Shown piece by piece: positions 1 to 13,429 of a stretch of 64,000 nt of DNA. Under the pieces are notes generated by a model, which made no database searches, had not been told where the DNA came from, and saw only the letters and a program-made list of their open reading frames with translations. How positions within the stretch are numbered: position 1 is the stretch's first letter; each line of letters opens with the position of its first letter. Source of the stretch: Octopus sinensis (lineage: Eukaryota); NCBI RefSeq assembly GCF_006345805.1, contig NW_021833448.1, positions 1 to 64,000 on the forward strand, given 5' to 3'. Both the position numbers and the translations under genes were made by a program.

Positions 1-271
1 AATAATTCCACCAGGTAGTATTCGGCATGTTAAAAGGTCCATTTTCGGTAAACTAAAACTATAATTTTTATAATTATCAGTATAATTATTATGTTTTCTG
101 AGAATTTTCTTCTTATAGTAGAAGAAATAGTTACGTTTTTTGGATGCTATTTCAAAGTTCGGTATGTGGTGAAGCAAATTTGTTTGCTGAATCCTAATTA
201 TAATTATACTCATAATTTTAAAAAAATATATTATATATATAGATATAACTTTACGGTCGTTTGAAGTCGGA

Positions 272-400
272 CTTGCTGGAGCATCGCCTTTAGTCGAAGG
301 AATCGATCGTAGGACTCGTTCTTTGTAAGCCTAGTATATATTCTATCGGTTCTTTGCCGAACCGCTATAGTACGGCATAGCAAACAAACCAATATCGGTT
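272..400 (-). mobile_element. SINE family A, 3' fragment
   Basis: gctggagcatcgcctttagtcga...ttctatcggttctttgccgaaccgct matches the copies at 30905-31281 and 62115-62505. Confidence 0.75.
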
Positions 401-555
401 CTAAAGCGATGGTATATATAAATGAATGGAAAATGGAGATATAAATATACAATATTCTGAAACAAAAAATGATAGTTTATCAGCATGGTATCATATTATG
501 ACATGTTATATGCTTATGATAATATAAAATGTAATAAATAGTAAATACTAAATAC

Positions 556-640
556 AAATTACACACAGTTGTTTCGATTCTTATCCATAATAAAATTATA
601 AAATCCATTCATTGTGGGTAAAAATTCCTCAGTGTAATTT
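556..640 (-). ncRNA. Degenerate type I hammerhead ribozyme motif (probable Penelope-like/retrozyme remnant)
   Basis: Minus strand: AAATTACA-CTGAGGA-[long stem II, ~13 bp]-C-GAAA-CA-AC-TG-T-G-TGTAATTT. Stem I is 8 bp. Cleavage triplet is GUG (non-canonical) and there is one unpaired C before GAAA. Confidence 0.55.
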
Positions 641-726
641 TTGATATATGAGTATTCACAGATCCAAGAAAAGAGTGAATTAAATTAACCATTTGTTTTC
701 TAGCGTGAGTGTCAATAATTAAATAG

Positions 727-774
<48 letters not shown>

Positions 775-792
775 TATATATATATATACTTA

Positions 793-1039
793 TATAAAAT
801 AATTATATTAGAAGGTGCTGATTAACCTCTCTAACACTCTTGAAATAAAACCCCGATGGCTTTAAACCCACTACAATACTCAACCAGCACAGCTTGCCAG
901 AGGGCAGATGAATAAAGATTTTTCATCTGGCTGCTTACAACCAGTGCTACCGCAATATTGAAGTGTTTTTAGAGCCGTTTGGTGTCTATTTCTAGCTTGT
1001 TGGAGGGTTAATCTGCATTCTTAATACAATAATTTTATA
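793..1039. repeat. ~247-bp imperfect palindrome (fold-back/MITE-like)
   Basis: Arms 793-912 and 922-1039 are reverse complements at 85/120 positions by hand count. Central stem is cagatgaa/ttcatctg. Confidence 0.8.
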
Positions 1040-1221
1040 ATTATAAATTTTTTTAAATGTTCTCGCTGACCGCTAAATAAAATCATTAGATTAATGTCTA
1101 TTATTTATGTATATATCCATATTTAGAAATAAGCATATAGATATATGCATGTGTGTGCGTGTCTATACATATATAGACACAAGCATACTTGTTGGTATTC
1201 CCTATATGTATATATGTATAC

Positions 1222-1512
1222 ATACATACGACCGTGATCACCGTGACCGACCAGGCTATCAGATATTGCTACACATCGCTGGTCACAATGCAAAGCGCAT
1301 TGTTTTAGCCACCCCGCTGGATAAATGAGCAGGTCAACAGAAGAAAGAGTGAGAGAAAGTTGTGGCGAAAGAGTACAGCAGGGATCTCCACAACTCACTG
1401 CCGGAGCCTCGTGTTTACACTCAATAAACACACACAACGCCCGGTCTGGGAATCGAAACCGCTTTCCTACGACGCGAGTCCGCTACCCTAACCACTGGGG
1501 CATTGTGCCTCC
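1222..1512 (-). mobile_element. SINE family C (tRNA-Arg-like head)
   Basis: Reverse complement of head ggaggcacaatgccccagtggttagggtagcggactcgcgtcgtagg. The tail resembles that of the copy at 27803-28165. Confidence 0.8.
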
Positions 1513-1539
1513 ACATACATACATACATACATACATACC

Positions 1540-1614
<75 letters not shown>

Positions 1615-2316
1615 AATTATATATGTATATATAATATACATAATTAATACATATAGATATACATATATATACATATATTATACCACACACACATATATAT
1701 ATATAAATATATATTTATATAGGTAGGTAGACAGATAGATAGATTGATACATACATATATAAACACGTGTTAGCATATCTGAGTATGCATGTGAAAAATA
1801 TAAATACATTCATAACGGTAAAAATACACATATGTTGGTGCATATAAACGTATATAACGAAACACTGAATTTACAGGAGAAAAAAATCGAAATGAAATAA
1901 AATAAAAAATGAAATAAGAAATAAGAAAGCCAAATATAAGAAATGTGTGATAAAATATGCCATTTATATTTGAAAACCTTCGTTGAATCCCATTTCGTAT
2001 CAACATAACTTTGTGGATTGGAAAAAAGAAAAGAATTGATAAAATTGAGCTAATACAATATTTATTTGTTAATTTCCATCCACTTATATGTTTTTGAATA
2101 ATGTAGTGTTATTACTTAGACACGTATTGTAGATGGGAAAACTTCGATGACAAGTATACAATGGAGATTCGAGAGAAATATAAATGGGAATATCGTAAAC
2201 GCTTCCATGCACAGTTTTTATTGTTGTTGTTATTGTTGTTGCTGTTGTTGTTGTTGTTGTTATTATTATTATCATCATCATTATTATCATCATCATCATT
2301 ATTATCATCATCATCA

Positions 2317-2357
<41 letters not shown>

Positions 2358-2369
2358 GTTATTGTTATT

Positions 2370-2805
2370 GAGTGAGAGAGCAGTGCATGACTTCAAAGTC
2401 ATACTTGTATAAAATATACGTAGCCCAGTATACCCATCATGACTACCCGTCTGATAAGGTTACACCTGGTACATGCATCACAACCATATGTACGCGGCCT
2501 GGTGATCCTACACCGAGATAGACAGCGCATGACATTGCAGGTTGGGCCCAGTTAGGATTTTTCTTTGGGTCGAATATCCAATCCTACTCAAAAGGTCTCC
2601 TGATACGGTTTGATTTTCAGAGGTGAGTTATTCAAGCCCCAAAGAATTCCTTTCAAAACATGCTTATGATGTTCCCCAACTGCTTCTGCTCGAGGTCATA
2701 GTTGCACATATCATCCGCCACTAAGGGACATGCCCAATAGGTTACGGTCAAACAACTCACATATAAATATGTGGTATTGAGCAGAATATTTGCTGTAGTA
2801 CATCG
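2370..2805 (-). mobile_element. Interspersed retroposon-like repeat ending in an (AAT)n tail
   Basis: Non-coding ~435-bp block that ends on the minus strand in ...ctctctcactc-aataacaataac. Recognised from memory as a common Octopus repeat; only one copy in this window. Confidence 0.5.
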
Positions 2806-2826
2806 TCATCATCATCATCGTCGTCG

Positions 2827-2869
<43 letters not shown>

Positions 2870-2901
2870 CTACCATCATCATGATGATAATTATCGCCGT
2901 C

Positions 2902-3219
2902 ATTATTATTATTATCATTCAGTAGTTTTATTTTTATAATGTGCTTTCACTTCACTACCGAGCGCAGCTCTTTGTGCCTTGGGTATGTGCTGTTATTTGT
3001 TGTAATGCATTGATGGTTACTGTATGGAAAGTGTTCTGCGTAGGATGTGTGCAGTGCCTAGTAGTGCAATTTTCTGTATGTTATATGTGTTTGTATGTCC
3101 TGGTGTTTTTGTTATGTATTTGTCTGAATATTTTTTTATCATACCTAAGGAATTATTTCTGTTTTTAGATTCCACATTCTAGTACCTCTATTTCCAGGTC
3201 TTTGTATTTTGAAAATTTC

Positions 3220-3220
<1 letters not shown>
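2902..3220 (-). mobile_element. 5'-truncated R4/Dong-clade non-LTR retrotransposon (REL C-terminus plus 3' UTR)
   Basis: Frameshifted translation KFSKYKDLEIEV/RMWNLKTE../LGMIKKYSDKYITKTPGHTNTYNIQKIALLGTAHILRRTLSIQ* (stop at 3017-3019). Flanked on both sides by (AAT)n. Confidence 0.8.
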
Positions 3221-3291
<71 letters not shown>

Positions 3292-3297
3292 CAGCTT

Positions 3298-4219
3298 TTA
3301 CACCTCTCCGCCTCTATAAAAGAAGACCAACAGCTCTTCCTCCACCGGGTCCGAGGTAGTCAATTCTACCATTGCCGGCTCCCCCCAGTGGAACAACCGC
3401 CACTGACGACGCTCCGGGACACTGCGGAGCCATGTCTCCGATTGCCGGTAATGTCCCGTTTCCCCTGCTCTTCCTCTTTTTTTCTTCTCGACTGGGGGAG
3501 AGTGCATCTCCCGCGTGACCCGGAGATTCGCTTCCCTTGTCTCATTCCCAGGATCCTTCGGTAAGCACTCATTATTGCTCACCTTCTTCCTTTTGCGGCT
3601 CTTCTTTGGGGAGTCCTCCGTCTCCCCGTCGCCTTCATTCCCTCCTCTCCAGGACTTTGCTTAAGGCACCGATGACACTTGGGAGACGGCCCTCAAGCAT
3701 CACTGGATACCTAGTCTCTGCCATTATCAAAAAGTCTGGAAATACCAGACTTTCGGCTGACTAGGTCCATAGGGTCAAAACAGCCATTGACCCCTCCCAG
3801 TCAGCCGCAGTCAGAATATTTACGTTGAGGAATCCGGTGCTACTGCCACCCAGATCCCGGCACTTTGGTTCAATTCCGGGTGGCAAGCCGCAAACCCAAG
3901 CCCTAGTCAACTTCTTTCCACAATAAGTGGGAAGAAACAGAAGGTCATTGCCCTCCAGGGGCTGGCTCCCAAATTCACAAGCCACTTCTGGGGAGTCAAA
4001 GAGCATCCACACGGTTGCATATTTGACCCCCCGAGAGATAAACTTAATCACCGGATTAAATTCTGTCAGCTCTTTCGATTATATTTTTTTAAAAACAGCA
4101 ATGGCGTCGAAGGTCCAAGAGTAGGTTGTCGAAACCACCGTCTTACTTTCAAGTTCTTTTAACCATCTTTTGGTTGGTGTAATTTCCCACTCCACCAACT
4201 TTCCATTGTTATTTGCTAT
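3298..4219 (-). pseudogene. Disrupted ORF1 of an L1/Tx1-like non-LTR element (copy 1); 5' UTR extends to ~4400 or beyond
   Basis: KLVEWE..KTVV..DAIAVFKKI*..KFISRGVKYATVWMLFDSPE..TRAWVCGLPPGIEP..LEGRLP/KCHRC..SNNECLPKDP..EANLRVTREMH. Colinear with the copy at 41008-41750; contains stops and frameshifts. Confidence 0.75.
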
Positions 4220-4853
4220 TTTTTTTAAAAACAAAGTTCAAAAATACAGGTCTTAAAATACAAAATAAAAGTCCCCCCAAAAAGGAAGGAGAAAAAACTA
4301 ACAGTTCAATAAAGAGTTTTTGTTCTTTTAAGTAAAAGATAGATGAAGAGAGAGAGAGCAACAGTTCAAAACACAGCAAAGGTACTCCAGGCCAAAGTTT
4401 TAAGGCAATTGTTAAACAGTTAAAAATTAATTCCAATTTTCTTCTAATAGGAACAATATTGTTGAAATCTTTTCCTAAAAATTCCCACGGAGTTATTCCC
4501 GGACAAACACTATTCTCAAACAAAATTTTGCGGCAGGATACGCCCACCAAAAGAATAATTTTCTCAATTAAGTGAAAAACGTTTTCACTCAGCCTCAGGC
4601 AGACTAGAATCCGGTGAGGGCTTCTTGTTTGTAAAAAATAATTGGGGCAAACAACAGGCCCCCACTAGACACCCAAAAAATCTTACGATACAGCTGAGTT
4701 TCAAAAATATTCAATTCAAGACGGCTTCAAAAACACGTCTTACAGCTTCAGTGTCAGCACAACTCTAGTTCGCACATGCGCAATGAGATAAGCAAGCTAC
4801 CTAACACACAGCCAATCCTGCGCCTATATATATATATATATAAAGATATATAT

Positions 4854-4916
<63 letters not shown>

Positions 4917-5058
4917 GTATATATATGGTGTGTGTATATGTATATACATGTATATATATGTATGTATATATATATAATAGATATATATATGTATATATAT
5001 ATGTATGTATATATATAATATATATTATATATACATATATATGTATGTATATATATAT

Positions 5059-5089
<31 letters not shown>

Positions 5090-5869
5090 GTACATATATA
5101 TATTTTATTCTTATTCTTTTAGAAGTTTCAGTCATTTCACTGCGGCAGTGCTGGAACACCATATTTCCCACACACACGCACTCACCAGCCCCCACACAAA
5201 TATACATGTTTATATATATATGTACACCCACACGCACACACACGTGTGTACAGTCAGCTGCACATGCTCATAAGAAATACGCTTCAACCGACACTTTCAT
5301 TCATGCGTATCACATATAGATACATACATATGCAAACTTCCATACATAAATACATCCATCCATCCACCCATCCATCCATCCATCCATACATACATACATA
5401 CATACATACATGCATACAGACATACATACATACATACATACATACATACATACATACATACATACATACATACATACATAAATGGAAAAAGGCAGAAAAG
5501 ACGTACAGTGATATTTGCATTTTCTGAACTTTATATTGTCATTAGCGTTTCATTATCCACTCGAACAAATACCTGAAGAAAAGGTTTTTAACAAATTTAC
5601 ATCACATTGCCTTCTCGACGGTTCAATTGAGACGGGACAAATAAGCACGTGCTTCTACATTAACGATCTAGAGAACAACGTTTAGAAGATTCATTCATTT
5701 CAAAGTGACAGATATTTTCGCATATAAAAACTTGTTAATATAACAAAGAATAACGAATTCACCGTAGCAAAACACATATGTCTGCTCCGCATACGCTCAG
5801 ACTAACATTATTTTTAACGCAATTACACAAGCACACACAAAGAGTTGTACACAAACATGAGCAGAATTA

Positions 5870-5937
<68 letters not shown>

Positions 5938-5978
5938 CTGTATATATATATATATATATATGTGTATGTATATATATA

Positions 5979-6015
<37 letters not shown>

Positions 6016-6984
6016 GTATATATATATATATATATACACAACTGCTCAGAACATATATACATATACCCTGCACGCCATACACACACATACATTCACATAT
6101 ATTTAACCACATTTCTCTGTGAGTGGACGTGTTCGTATATGTATATACATGCTTGAATACCAAATACATACATACATACTTACATACATACTTACATACA
6201 TACATACACACATACATAAATACATACATACATAAATACATACATACTTGCATACATACAGATATACACACACACACACACACATAAATACAAATAAACA
6301 TACAATGCGAACGAATAAAAGAATAATAGGAATGTATAAACGAACATAAGAAATAAATGAAGCTCCGTCGATCGAAAATATTCCGTCGACTATCCGTCCA
6401 TCTTTATGTTTGCTAACATACGCTTATATGCATATAGATTCAATGGTTAAACGGAAACAGCTTGGCACTGAAGAAAAATGAACCGCCGTGATTCTCCCAA
6501 TAAAGGGTTCGCTCGGTGGCCGCCATACACGGACGCCAACCACTGTCGACGCTCTCCTTTACACCCTTCTTATCCTTGATTCTCTCCCTACTTATTAGTA
6601 TTATTATTCTTTTTCCTCTTTTTTTCTTTTCTTCTTCTTCACTTCAATCTCCACCACCCCCCGTTTTTCATCTGCACCACCGCCACCACCACCACCAACA
6701 CGCCTTCCTATATCGTTTTATTGTTTTTCGTTCGTTTGTTTTTGTGTTTTTGTTCTTTTATTTATTTATTTATTTATTTATTATTTATTTATTTATTTTT
6801 TGTTTTGTTTGGTATTATGTTCGCTTCTGCACTCGACTCTCCCCGTTTCTCTCAAACCTCCTTCTACTTTTATAACCTCCTTTCTCCTCCACCTCCTCCT
6901 CCTCCTCCTTCTTCTTCTTACTCTTCATTTACCATTCCACTTCATCACACATCTTAATCCAGCTTTCTTTACAACATAGTAGTT

Positions 6985-7480
<496 letters not shown>

Positions 7481-8234
7481 TGTTGTTGACGGTGATCTCG
7501 GTCTTGCACTTTTTGTTCTGATTGTCTTAAAACCCCGTATTTTAACTCCTTCTCTTCCTATCATTTTTCTCGCATTTTCATCTTTTGCTGCTGTTATTGT
7601 TGTTCTTGTGTGTTGCTGCTGACTGACTTTTTGTTTTGCATTTATTTTATATTTGTTTTCTTCTGCGAGCCTTCCTTTCTTTTTTTTATTATATTTTCTT
7701 TCTGTTGTTCGATCCCTTGTCAATCATAGAAGCAAATACACACGTTACATATACGAAGGTGGGAGGTACAGAAGCAGCACGCGTTGCATTCATTATATTC
7801 AACCCTATACGCAGTTCGTACACATAACAGTTTATGAACAAATGCACTCTTTCTCTCGAACACAGACACAGACACACAAGGAGGAATACATTACATATAG
7901 AGACACACATGTTCATAAACACATGATTCCTGCGTATATAAGAACACAAAGCCACGCGTATTAAAACATAACAACCTCCATGCACCGATACACACGACTA
8001 CACACATAAACATTATACAACAACGCACATGCTTCTACATATAAAACGATGTTTATAAACATACATACACACCTACGTATATAAATATATATACATATAC
8101 ATATATATACACACGCATATATATATATATAATTTATACACACACACATATATATACATAGATATATATATGTGTATATATATATATATATATTATATAT
8201 ATATATATCGCTGCTAAACCCTTTATTGCTGTAG

Positions 8235-8271
<37 letters not shown>

Positions 8272-8301
8272 GTATATATGTATGTATATGTATGTATATA
8301 T

Positions 8302-8376
<75 letters not shown>

Positions 8377-9514
8377 CATACATATGTAGGTATGTATGTA
8401 TATATGAACATTCAATGTATAGTCAGTTACAAATGCGGCAGATATTTACATCTATTGGTTAGCTTCCATTTTTGTTGTTAATATATTCTTTATAAAACTG
8501 AACCCGCCTTCAGGAACATAGCTAATCTTCATATACTGTTTGTGTGACCATCATGTTTTCTTTATATTTTCGGCAGTTGAAAGCCAGTGTAATCTTGGTA
8601 ATTATCTTTTCGTAGTCCCAAGCGACCCTTTTCTTCCGGCCTTAGCCATTTCCGGTTCTTCATTCGTAAAACGATGGCGTCTACCATCCTTCCGCGATTT
8701 TGCGTCTCTTTTCAGCAAATATGAATCAGTTTTGAATGAAAAACAAAAAAAGAGAAAGAAACAAACAAAAAAAAATTTATAAGAAGAAAGACTAAAGATA
8801 ATGAAAGCGAATGTGAGAGAAAACGAGATAGGGAGAAAACCTAAGGACAACGAAGGAGAGTTAAGTAGATAGAGATAGAGGAGGATGCGGGGTGGAGAGG
8901 TATCGCTATTAAAAAGGGAAACTTTATAGATGGGAATAGAGAAAGGGTGATGAGAAACGAATGAAAAGAGCCGTTGAATGAAAGAATAAATGAATGATGG
9001 CGGAATGGGGTGAAAGAAACAAAAACAGCGATGGTAATAGAAAGAAATATTATTAAAATGAACAGAAACTTATCACTAAAAACAGAGGAGTTATGTGTAA
9101 AAGAAAGAATATGGAGAACGAAAGAAGTAAAAAAAAAGAGGGGAAAAGAGGAAAAACTAAAGAATGATAGAGAGAAAATACAATGGGGACATAATTAAGA
9201 GAGACGAATGAGAAGGAGAAAGAGTGAAGAACATAAAGAATGAGAGAGAAAATGGATAGAGTGTAAGCTATAGAAGGAGAAATTGAATAGTGTGGACGTT
9301 ATATATAGAAGTAGCGAAAGAAGTTGCTTAGTCATATATGAGTGATGAAGAACCACGGCATTGTGGATTTGTAGAAGTACAACGGACATTGAGCAAGTCT
9401 CCTCTCCAACATTTCGGATTGGCCGTTACCCCCCCCCCCCCCCCCCCACACACACACAAACACACACACACACACGCACACACACACACACATACACACA
9501 CACAGAGCCTATGT

Positions 9515-9832
9515 ACATTTCTTTTGTTTTATACTTCTTTGAATCATTGGATAGCGACCGTGCTGGGGCACAGCCCCTGAAGGGTTTAGCGAAACAAATG
9601 AAAAACCAGTACTTATTTTCTTAAGCCGGTCACTTTTGCCGAACCACTATGCTGGAGGGACGTAAAGGAACGAAGACCGGTTGTCAAGTGTTGGTTTGGT
9701 AGATCCGTGGATATAGTAGAAGACCCTGAGCCAAGGTGCTAGAGAATAGAACTGAAACCAGAGCCATATGGTAGGGAGCCATATGACTTGACATGTAACC
9801 ACAGCAGCGCTTATGGTCACTCCTGCGCCCGT
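9515..9832 (-). mobile_element. Old, diverged SINE family A copy
   Basis: gtgctggggcacagcc..ttttgccgaacc..ggttgtcaag..tatagtagaagac..ctcctgcgcc, in the same order as the younger copies. Confidence 0.65.
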
Positions 9833-10604
9833 ATATACACAATCACTAAATATACACACACATAACACATACACACATATATGAGATAAAAAAAGTTAGT
9901 TCTTGAAAGAGAACATAATTTAACTTGCCAAATCATACGACCATAAATCACTGATATTTCTTTTATAGCATGTAAAACTATTTGGCTTTTTTCGCCTATT
10001 CTTGCATGGCAGAGGCATATGTGGTAGCCCCAGCGAATTCCTAGCATATATAAAACATACATATAAGCATTAGTTAAGTACGTTTGGGAATAAAAACCTT
10101 CATTAAATTTGATTGCGAAGCAAACTGATTAAGAAGCATACAGGCTGATACCGAGTGTGTATGAAGAGGCAAAGTTGTTACTATAACGAAAACATTTTTT
10201 TTTATCTCCAAAGAAAATTTTGTCCAGTTGGATATGAAACGATATGGTCTTCGGTACATCAGCACATTCCAGACAGTTTTATGGCGAAGACTTCAGTTCC
10301 TCTGGGATGAAGTCTTTCAGAGGGTTCGCCACCTAATTAGATACGAGTTTATTTGAAGCTGAAGATATACCACTATGTATGAGCACACATTTTTCTTTCT
10401 GTACATTGTCAAAATTTGATTTGTTTGTGTTTATTCTCTCGGTATTAGATTCAGATACTAGCATTAACCAATCTATAATTTCTTGAAGTTTTTGGTGCAA
10501 AATATTTCACTACCACTAATTGCTAGGTATACTCCGCTGCCCGTATATCTCTTGCTACCGAACACACACACACACATACATATATGTATGTATATATATA
10601 TATT

Positions 10605-10685
<81 letters not shown>

Positions 10686-10734
10686 TATATATCTATATAT
10701 ATATATGAGTGTGTTTTCTGTTTTTGTGTCGCTC

Positions 10735-10908
10735 CATCACTACTTGGCAACCGGGATTTGTTTGTTTTCGTCCCCGTAACATACCGGTCCTGCAAAGATG
10801 CCGATAGGAGAAGTACAAGCCTTAAGACATAGTACTAGGGTCAATTCATGGGGATGCCCCACCATAGTCGCAGTCTAATAATTGGAACAGGTAAAAGATA
10901 AAGTATGA
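10735..10908 (+). mobile_element. SINE family A, 3' half (diverged)
   Basis: cttggcaaccgg..tccccgtaac..ccgatag..gatgccccaccatagtcgcagtc..aacaggtaaaagataaa. Confidence 0.6.
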
Positions 10909-10937
10909 TATATATATATATCTATTTATATATATAT

Positions 10938-10975
<38 letters not shown>

Positions 10976-11066
10976 GGTCCCGGGTTGATTCGGGTGTTAA
11001 CCACAGTAAATAAGGTACTCAATACATAGCAGAGTAAATAGTAAATTATTATTATATAGAAGGAGC

Positions 11067-11111
11067 TTCTACAGGACTAGAACTGTTTCATTCAAGAGAA
11101 ATCTTCAGGAA
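11067..11111 (-). ncRNA. Minimal type I hammerhead ribozyme motif within a ~137-bp Penelope-pLTR-like fragment (10975-11111)
   Basis: Minus strand: TTC-CTGAAGA-tTTC(tctt)GAAt-GAAA-CAG(ttctagtc)CTG-T-A-GAA. Stem I 3 bp, stem II 3 bp plus a U.U, stem III 4 bp, GUA cleavage triplet. Confidence 0.65.
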
Positions 11112-11126
11112 TATATATTATACATA

Positions 11127-11164
<38 letters not shown>

Positions 11165-11381
11165 ATGTATATATATATATTATATATATATTATATATAT
11201 ACTTTTATTCTTTTACTTGATTCAATCATTTTTACTGCGGCTTTGTGAGTGGTATCAAAGGGGAGATGATTCATGTCTGTGTGTGTGTGTGTGGGCATGT
11301 ATGTTTGTGTATAAATATATATATATATATATATATGTATGTGAATAGACACACACACACACACACGCACACATATATCTG

Positions 11382-11713
11382 TGAAAGCGCATGGCTTAGT
11401 ATCTAGAGCGTCGAGCTTACGATCGTGAGGTTGTGAGTTCGATTCCTGGACCGGACTGCGTGTTGTATTCTTGAGCAAGACACATTGTTTCGTGTTACTC
11501 CAGTTAACTTAGCCGTAGAAATGAGTTTTTACGTCACTGGTGCCAAGCGTATCGGCCTTTACCTTTACTTTGGATAACATTCAGTGGTGTGGCAAGGGGA
11601 GGTTCGTATGCGTGGGCGACTGCTCGCCTTCCAGAAACAACCTTGCCCGGACCTGTGCCGCGGAGGGTAACTTTCTAGGTGCAAACCTATTGTCATTCAT
11701 GACCGAAGGTCTT
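11382..11713 (+). mobile_element. SINE family C-type head with an alternative body
   Basis: gcgcatggcttagtatctagagcg..gagttcgattcctggacc (A/B-box-like)..cttgagcaagacac. Confidence 0.7.
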
Positions 11714-12272
11714 TATATATATATATATATATTATATATATATAATATATATATATATAATATATATAATGTATATATATATATATAATGTACATATGCA
11801 TATATGTATAGATATATATCTAGGTATGTAATTGTAGTGAGTGACAGCAAGAGATAGGATGAAGATGGTCAAAAAGTGTCATATCGAATATATTCAGACT
11901 AAAGAAAACTGGGAAACAAATGAATTTGATTGGTGGTTATACAGGTTACTATGAGAACAGATCAGTATATATTTGCAAACATATGACTGAATCTACTTGT
12001 GGTTAATTGTGCTTGTCTGTCTATGCGCCTCTCTCTACATCTATGTGCATATGTTTGTATATACTGACCATGAATCGAACTCACAACATCACGGTCGTAA
12101 GCTCGACGATCTAACCACTGAGCCATGAGTCTTCACACATACACATATATATGCGTATAAATAAATTCATTCTTAGTCGATGTGTATTAAAGTATAAATA
12201 TATAGATATTTATATATCGATAAATCAAACTTACGTACAAATGGGAGAGAAAATTAAAGGAGAGGTGGTACT

Positions 12273-12306
<34 letters not shown>

Positions 12307-12729
12307 TGAGTGCTGTGTGTGTGTAAATGTTTCGTGTGAATGTATGAGTGTGTAGATACCTATTAATGATGATTGGATCTATAATTATCCCGGTAATCAT
12401 GTTTGTCCCTCCCCCATCACCAACTGATAACCGATTTTTATGCGCTTGCGTCCCCGTGTCTGAGCGGTTCAGCAAAAGAGACCGATAGCAATAACTACTA
12501 GACTTTAAAAAATAAAATAGTCAGATTTGTGATATAAGAAAACAGCTGATAACATGCTCTCCATTTATAATTTCGCAAACTAATTAACTTGGAAGTCTTT
12601 ATTCGTGGATATACGTGATCGTATTTTATTGGTTAATAAACATTATTTATCATTTCAAAATTAGATTCATAATCTCTTAATTGCGTGTTAATTTTTTTCT
12701 TATCTGCAAAGAAACATAGACACATATCT

Positions 12730-12730
12730 A

Positions 12731-12825
<95 letters not shown>
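12730..12825. repeat. (TATC)n microsatellite
   Basis: Directly visible. Similar arrays at 19615-19760, 58745-58865 and 59250-59420. Confidence 0.95.
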
Positions 12826-12879
12826 AATATATACATATATAATATAATCTATATATATATATATATTATATATATATAT

Positions 12880-13190
12880 GATTGATTGATTGATTGATTC
12901 TATTTTCAGCTCACGAGCTGTGGCCATGCTGGGGCACAACCATTTGGTGTTGCTACATGGTTTTACTTCACGAATGCTTTTTAGCAACTGCTATTTGGGT
13001 GCATGAGAGAGTTCGATGCAGCTGCCCTCATCTGCACCTCCTGCCGTGAAGTTGGTTCATCTGGGATACTTGACAAGAAGAGATCCAGTTTCATTTTAAA
13101 GACATCTGCATCCTCCCCATGCATGTCTCTTAGGTCCTTCGGGAGGATATTGAAGAGCTGTGGGCCTCGGAAGCCCAGGCTATCACAGTA
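12880..13190 (-). mobile_element. 5'-truncated CR1-clade LINE (RT C-terminus, 3' UTR, (AATC)n tail)
   Basis: YCDSLGFRGPQLFNILPKDLRDMHGEDADVFKMKLDLFLSSIPDEP...* followed by gtgccccagcatggccacagctcgtgagctgaaa and (aatc)n. Confidence 0.85.
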
Positions 13191-13226
13191 TATATAATAT
13201 ATATAATATATATATATATATATACA

Positions 13227-13257
<31 letters not shown>

Positions 13258-13429
13258 GTGACATTTTCAACTCTAAGTATGGAAGGCAATTAAATTTTGG
13301 GAAAATAAAATCAGAAGTTTTTCAAATGAATATTTGCATAGTATTCAAATACAAAGGCATTTTCCTTGTTTCTGCCTGTTCCTGTCTCTTTTTTTTACTC
13401 TTGTGAGTTATATTTATATATATATATAA

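Noticed and set aside
8602-8850. ORF with several dibasic sites (neuropeptide-like)
   Set aside because: No signal peptide or repeated peptide, and the N-terminus derives from a T-rich low-complexity tract.
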